Shown in pieces: positions 58,982-64,000 of a stretch of 64,000 bases of DNA. The position numbers and the translations under genes were made by a program. Below the pieces are notes generated by a model that did not search any database, was not told where the DNA came from, and was given only the letters and a program-made list of their open reading frames with translations. This stretch comes from Trueperaceae bacterium. GTDB taxonomy: Bacteria; Deinococcota; Deinococci; Deinococcales; Trueperaceae. The stretch is from the NCBI GenBank assembly GCA_965214405.1, contig OZ243956.1:576001-640000 (forward strand). Reading direction: 5' to 3'. Within the stretch, counting starts at the first letter, position 1; each line of letters opens with the position of its first letter.

Positions 58982-59332
58982 CTAACCGCCCAGACCGGGT
59001 AACGCCGACTTGACGAGGTCGAAGCCCGCAGGGTTGACGCGGTAGTACATCCACTTGCCGCGTTTGTCGCCCGTGACGAGCGCGGCGGAAACGAGGCACT
59101 TCATATGGTGGCTCACTGTGGGTTGCGAGAGGCCGGTGACACTCTCTAAGTCACACGCGCACACGCCTTCACCGGGGGCGCAGCAGCTTGCGTCTTGCTG
59201 CGCTAAATGAGCCAGAATCTTGAGGCGCGAGGGGTCGGAGAGGGCCTTAAAGGTCCAGGCGGTCGTGCTAAAGGAGGCGTCGAGGGAGGGCTCGAGCGGG
59301 CTCGAGGGTCTTTCAATCGTTTCTACAGTCAT
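58982..59332 (-). CDS. ArsR/SmtB-family regulator
   Basis: FKALSDPSRLKIL, CC...CACDL and LSQPTVSHH motifs. Confidence 0.92.
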   Translation of the reverse strand: MTVETIERPSSPLEPSLDASFSTTAWTFKALSDPSRLKILAHLAQQDASCCAPGEGVCACDLESVTGLSQPTVSHHMKCLVSAALVTGDKRGKWMYYRVNPAGFDLVKSALPGLGG

Positions 59333-59338
59333 AAAGAC

Positions 59339-59371
59339 ATCCTAATGCACATATTTACGTTTGTCAATATG
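59339..59371 (-). promoter_or_regulatory. arsR promoter (apparently leaderless) overlapped by an inverted-repeat operator
   Basis: TTGACA-17 bp-TAGGAT then 6 nt to ATG; imperfect inverted repeat CATATTTAC-GTTT-GTCAATATG at 59350-59371. Confidence 0.68.
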
Positions 59372-59430
59372 AATGGTTCTACGACAACAGCTTTCTCCTT
59401 TTGCTGAGGGCTCGAGTCCAGCACCACACA

Positions 59431-60672
59431 TCACGTTGCCTCAGGCTCTACAGTCTTCCGCCGCGTCCTGAAGAGCACCACCACGCCCGCCAGCACGTAC
59501 GTCACGGCGTCAACATTGATGACCATCACGCCTAACGTGTCCCCCAAGTAGCCTGACACGGCCATGCCCAAAAGCTGGAACAGGCTGAAGGTGGCGAAGT
59601 AGCTCCCGAACACCCGCCCGCGCTTTTCAGGTTGCGCTTCGGTTTGTAACAGCGTCATCTGCGCCGTGCCCCAGGCGGCGAAGGGCAACCCGGCGAGCGC
59701 CGTCAGCACCAGGACGGGCCACAAGGCGGGATAGACGAGAGGAAGGTTGAAGATGGGAATGAGGAGGAGGCCGCCAAAAAGCCCGCCCCACGCCAGGAGT
59801 TTCGCAGCGGGTACGCGGTCGGCGTAGCCCGTCAGCAGCACCCCTGCCGCGATACCGCCGACCGCCTGGGCTGAGAAGAGGTAGCCGAGTTCGGGTCCAC
59901 CCCCGCCCAACATCACCGTTATGAAGGGCGCTATGAGCGTCGAGATGAAGCCTTCACCAAAACCGACCAGGGCGGCGGTCACAAAGCTGAGCATGAGCAG
60001 ATGATTTGTCCGCACCGCCTCGAGCCCCTCACGCCACTCGGCCAAGAGTCGCCGGTACGGCCCCAGCGCTGGCTGGTCTAACGCGCCGGACTTTTTCTCC
60101 CTCCCTCGCCCCTTTACACTGAGAATGAGCAGCGCGGCGACAAGGTAGGTAAGCGCGTCCACCATAACCACCCCCGCAAAGCCGAGCCCAGCCACGAGCA
60201 GGCCGCCAACCGCAGGACCGACGAGCCGCGCCAAGTTATTATTAAGCGCGTTGAGACTGTTCGCCGCTCCCAGGCGCTCCTTTGAAACCAACGTCTGCAA
60301 CAGCGCGTTCTCGGCGGGACCGAGAAACTGCCCTACTGAAGCCTGAACAAAAGCGACCGGCACGACCAGCCACCAGGGCGCGCGCGTCACGCTCAAAAAC
60401 AGCAGGGTCACGGGGACGAGGAGACTATTGGCCGCGAGCATCGTGCGTCGGTAGTCCCAGCGGTCGACCAAGACCCCCGCAATTTGACCCACTAGAATAG
60501 CGGGCAGCGCGTTCGCCATGACGCTGAGGCCCGTTGCTAGGGTCGAACTCGTCTCGCTATAGACGTAAAGGGGCAGCGCGACGAAGAGCATGGTGTTGCC
60601 GACGCCGGAGATGAGACCCGCCCACCACACGAGCATAAAATCCCGGTTGCGCAGAAGTTGAAGAGAAGCCAT
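59431..60672 (-). CDS. MFS transporter
   Basis: About 12 TM segments, AGVLVDRWDYRR motif A and RGRVFG. Confidence 0.92.
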   Translation of the reverse strand: MASLQLLRNRDFMLVWWAGLISGVGNTMLFVALPLYVYSETSSTLATGLSVMANALPAILVGQIAGVLVDRWDYRRTMLAANSLLVPVTLLFLSVTRAPWWLVVPVAFVQASVGQFLGPAENALLQTLVSKERLGAANSLNALNNNLARLVGPAVGGLLVAGLGFAGVVMVDALTYLVAALLILSVKGRGREKKSGALDQPALGPYRRLLAEWREGLEAVRTNHLLMLSFVTAALVGFGEGFISTLIAPFITVMLGGGGPELGYLFSAQAVGGIAAGVLLTGYADRVPAAKLLAWGGLFGGLLLIPIFNLPLVYPALWPVLVLTALAGLPFAAWGTAQMTLLQTEAQPEKRGRVFGSYFATFSLFQLLGMAVSGYLGDTLGVMVINVDAVTYVLAGVVVLFRTRRKTVEPEAT

Positions 60673-60702
60673 ACGAAAAGCATCGGTGCTAAGCTACTCA
60701 AA

Positions 60703-61392
60703 ATGACAGACCCAGATTCGGGTAGCTTTCCCGCCGGTAACTTTCACACCGTATCCGACCCAACGCAAGCGCGGCTGCTGACGGAGCCGAAGAGTAAAGC
60801 GTTTTTCAAGCCCTTTTTGGCGGCAGAGCGCAGCGCCAGCGAGGCGGCGGCGGAACTCGGCTGTGGGCTTAGCAGGGTGCTCTACCGCATCAAAACCCTT
60901 TTAGATGCGGGACTGCTCGAGCCCACCCGCGAGAAAAAACGCAAAGGGCGCGCCATTAAATACTACCGCTCGGTTCACGACGCCTACTTTGTCCCTTTCG
61001 TCCTGACGCCCTACGCCACGCTCGAGGAGCGGCTCGAGGCGCAGGCCGCGCCCATTTTCGCCGACCTCATTCGTTCTTACGCGGACGCGCTGGGGAGGAG
61101 CGAACGCTACGGCAATTATTTGTTTCGGACGACTGACGGGGCCGTGGCAACCACCGACGCCGTGCCCGAACTTCTGCCCTCCGGATTGCCTGTGACGTAT
61201 TCGGACACGGTGGTGAGGCTTTCCAAGGAGGAGGCTGTGCAGCTTGCCGCGGCGTTGCGGGCGCTTTTTGAAGGGGCTGTGGCTCGAGATGCGGGGGCTC
61301 GAGCCATCACCAACCAAGCCGAGGCGCGTGCGGAGACCGCAGAGGCCAAGGATTACTTTTTGATGGTGGCTATGATGCCTTTGGCGCGGTAA
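60703..61392 (+). CDS. Winged-HTH regulator-like protein
   Basis: SASEAAAELGCGLSRVLYRIKTLLDAGLL...GRAIKYY; divergent from the MFS gene. Confidence 0.75.
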   Translation: MTDPDSGSFPAGNFHTVSDPTQARLLTEPKSKAFFKPFLAAERSASEAAAELGCGLSRVLYRIKTLLDAGLLEPTREKKRKGRAIKYYRSVHDAYFVPFVLTPYATLEERLEAQAAPIFADLIRSYADALGRSERYGNYLFRTTDGAVATTDAVPELLPSGLPVTYSDTVVRLSKEEAVQLAAALRALFEGAVARDAGARAITNQAEARAETAEAKDYFLMVAMMPLAR

Positions 61393-61418
61393 CTGTTTCC
61401 GTACTCGTTACATATATA

Positions 61419-62243
61419 GTGCTTCCCGTGCAAGCTCCACACCCGGAGGTTCTGCAAGCGTTCGGTGCCTCCGCGCCTCCTATCCTTTTGGAGGGCGGTC
61501 AGGGAACGGCGTACCGCGCGGGGAATATCGTTCTTAAACCTGCGCTCAGCCTCGAGGAGGCGCGGTGGGTGGCTCATGTTTACAGCACGGTAGAGCAAGA
61601 AGGGTTTAGGGTACCTCAGCCTGTTGCTACTCGAGCAGGGCAGTGGGTGTTTCGCGGCTGGACTGCCTGGCAACATTTAGACGGTCAGACCGTGCATGGC
61701 GACCGCTATGGGGAGAGTTTAGAGGTGAGCCAGGCGTTTCACCGGGCACTCAGGCCCTACCCGCGCCCGCATTTTCTCGACGTTCGGCAAGACCCCTGGT
61801 CACAGGCGGACCGCATCGTGTGGGAGGGCGCGGCCTGGGAGCCTCACCCACAAGTAGCAGAGGTTTACGCGAGGCTCACGAGCTTAACAAAGCCGCTCAC
61901 CCTAAAAGAGCAAGTGATACACGGCGATATTGAAGGAAACATCCTTTTCGCACCCAGTAAACTTCCCGCCGTCATCGACTTTAGCCCCTACTGGCGGCCC
62001 GCGGCGTTTGCTGAAGCCGTGTTGGTCATCGACGCGGTGATGTGGGAGGGTGCCCCGTGGAGCTTGGCGGGGTTGGCCGGTTCGGGAGAGAGTTTCCACC
62101 AGCTTCTCGTCCGCGCGGCGATGCGGAGATTGGCCGAGGTAGACCGTCACTATCAGCTTCGCGGTTTGCCCGAGAGCTACCTCAAGCAAGTGGGCAAGTT
62201 CGTAGAGGTGGCGCGTGAACTCGAGAGCCTGTCTTTAGGCTGA
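61419..62243 (+). CDS. Aminoglycoside phosphotransferase-like kinase
   Basis: GGQG, VLKP, HGDIEGN and VIDFSPYWRP motifs. Confidence 0.82.
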   Translation: MLPVQAPHPEVLQAFGASAPPILLEGGQGTAYRAGNIVLKPALSLEEARWVAHVYSTVEQEGFRVPQPVATRAGQWVFRGWTAWQHLDGQTVHGDRYGESLEVSQAFHRALRPYPRPHFLDVRQDPWSQADRIVWEGAAWEPHPQVAEVYARLTSLTKPLTLKEQVIHGDIEGNILFAPSKLPAVIDFSPYWRPAAFAEAVLVIDAVMWEGAPWSLAGLAGSGESFHQLLVRAAMRRLAEVDRHYQLRGLPESYLKQVGKFVEVARELESLSLG

Positions 62244-62373
62244 GTAGCCGCTTCTAAAGGTGTTATGTGTGGCAAAAGTGCGCGTATAGCAGAAAGCCTC
62301 AACCTCACAAATGGTAGCTTGAGAGTCTACACGTTTTAGTCACGTCTTTCTCGAGGAGAACGTCAGGAGACCC

Positions 62374-64000
62374 ATGTCAGACAGCTCACCCAATACAGCT
62401 ACCACAGCCAACAACCCAGCAAGCACGGCTTCAGACCTCGTGCAGTACAGCACCCACGGGCGCGTCGCCGTGTTGACCATCAACAACCCGCCCGTCAACG
62501 TCCTCTCCCCCGGCGTGCCCGAGAGCATCCTGGCGGGTTTGGCGCGCGGCAACGCCGACGATGAAGTGGCGGCGTTCGTGCTCATCGGCGGCGGGCGCTC
62601 CTTCATCGCGGGGGCGGATATCAAAACCTTTACTATGTCTCGAGAAGAAGCGCCGGACGTGCGCGGGCTCGTCGCGGGTTTAGAGGCGAGCGATAAACCC
62701 GCCGTCGCAGCGATGCACGGGAGCGCCTTGGGAGGCGGGCTCGAGGCCGCACTAGGCTGCCGCTACCGGGTCGCAAGTCCGGGCACGCGGTTGGGTCAGC
62801 CCGAGGTCAAGCTGGGCCTGTTGCCCGGCGCGGGCGGCACGCAGCGGCTCCCGCGGCTCGTCGGGCTCGAGGCGGCGCTTACGATGATTGTAAAAGGCGA
62901 CCCGGTCACGGCGGAGGAAGGGCTCGAGCTGGGGTTGGTGGATGAGCTGATTGAGGGTGACCTCTTGGAGGGCGCGCTGGCTTACGCGGAAGGCATTGTG
63001 GGGGAAACGCGGCCCAAAACGAGCGAGCTTACGGTAGAGTCCGCCGCACCTCTCGAGGCCGTCTTCACCTACGCACGCGCGGAAACGCAGAAGCGGGCGG
63101 GCGGGATGATTGCGCCGCTGCGCTGCATTGACGCGGTGGAGGCCGCCGCGACGCTCTCCTGGGACGAGGGCCTGGCGCGCGAGCGTGAGCTTTTTGAGGA
63201 ACTGCTTAACTCGGACCAGTCCAAGGCGCTCCGCCACATCTTTTTTGCCGAGCGTGAGGCCGCCAAGGTGCCGGGCTTGGAGGGCGTCAAGCCCAAGGCA
63301 GTCACGCGGGCCGCGGTCGTCGGCGCGGGCACGATGGGCGGCGGGATTGCCATGAACTTCGCCAACGCCGGGATTTCGGTAAAGGTGCTCGAGACGAGCG
63401 AAGAGAATTTGACACGCGGGATGAGCACCGTCCGCAAAAACTACCAGCGCACGGTGGACAAGGGACGGCTGACGCAAGAGGAGATGGACGAACGCGTGGG
63501 ACGGATTGAGGGGGTGCTCGAGTACAGCGCGCTGAGCGACGTGGATTTGGTTGTTGAAGCAGTATTTGAAGACATGAGCATCAAAAAAGAAGTCTTCGGC
63601 ACCCTCGACAAAGTCACACCCACGGACGCCATCCTCGCAACAAACACCTCGACGCTCGACGTGAACGAAATCGCGGCGGTGGTGTCCCATCCCGACAAGG
63701 TCCTCGGCACGCACTTTTTTTCGCCCGCCAACGTGATGAAACTTGTGGAGGTGGTCCGGGCAGACGAAACTTCGGCGGAAGCGCTCGCCACCGCGCTCGC
63801 GCTCGCCAAGGCGATGCGCAAAACGCCGGTCGTCGTGGGGGTGTGCGACGGCTTCGTGGGCAACCGCATGGTCCACGTGTACGTGCGCGAGGCGTTCTTT
63901 TTGGTCGAGGAGGGCGCGCTGCCGCAAGGAGTGGACGGGGTGATGCAGAATTTTGGCCTGGCGATGGGACCCTTTGCGATGGGCGACTTGGCGGGCCTCG
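62374..64000 (+). CDS. Enoyl-CoA hydratase/3-hydroxyacyl-CoA dehydrogenase (FadB-like; 3' end runs off window)
   Basis: Not in ORF track; my translation shows [44 protein letters not shown] and HFFSPA. Confidence 0.92.
   Translation, partial: MSDSSPNTATTANNPASTASDLVQYSTHGRVAVLTINNPPVNVLSPGVPESILAGLARGNADDEVAAFVLIGGGRSFIAGADIKTFTMSREEAPDVRGLVAGLEASDKPAVAAMHGSALGGGLEAALGCRYRVASPGTRLGQPEVKLGLLPGAGGTQRLPRLVGLEAALTMIVKGDPVTAEEGLELGLVDELIEGDLLEGALAYAEGIVGETRPKTSELTVESAAPLEAVFTYARAETQKRAGGMIAPLRCIDAVEAAATLSWDEGLARERELFEELLNSDQSKALRHIFFAEREAAKVPGLEGVKPKAVTRAAVVGAGTMGGGIAMNFANAGISVKVLETSEENLTRGMSTVRKNYQRTVDKGRLTQEEMDERVGRIEGVLEYSALSDVDLVVEAVFEDMSIKKEVFGTLDKVTPTDAILATNTSTLDVNEIAAVVSHPDKVLGTHFFSPANVMKLVEVVRADETSAEALATALALAKAMRKTPVVVGVCDGFVGNRMVHVYVREAFFLVEEGALPQGVDGVMQNFGLAMGPFAMGDLAGL

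Noticed and set aside
62752..63927. 391-aa ORF on the - strand
   Set aside because: Antisense to the FadB-like gene on the + strand, which the track missed because it runs off the window.

Overview
A GC-rich bacterial chromosomal segment. The gene content (paired family-4 and family-5 uracil-DNA glycosylases, DUF4384-PEGA protein, bshA, apparently leaderless genes) suggests Deinococcota, possibly Truepera-like; this is an inference. Most of the window is housekeeping: prs, nnr-thrB, tsaD, bshA, fumC, tRNA-Cys/tRNA-Val, recN, dtd, pstSCAB, two ABC exporter subunits and a FadB-like gene. The accessory parts are: (1) a LacI/sugar-ABC locus with two lac-like operators; (2) an IS4-family element interrupted by a nested IS630; (3) a coupled operon of an unannotated 48-aa ORF, an SDR, a divergent QueA-like enzyme and two VOC enzymes, followed by a Cys-GAF (AirS/YhcY-like) kinase and a NarL-type regulator, with a palindromic operator upstream; this is the best candidate for an undescribed system; (4) a decayed type I-B-like CRISPR locus (cas6 pseudogene, VapBC module, two-repeat mini-array); (5) an ArsR-DUF6428-deaminase-ComB-like gene string; and (6) a strong excess of the palindrome CTCGAG across the window. 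All product calls come from motif recognition by eye; no database searches were run.
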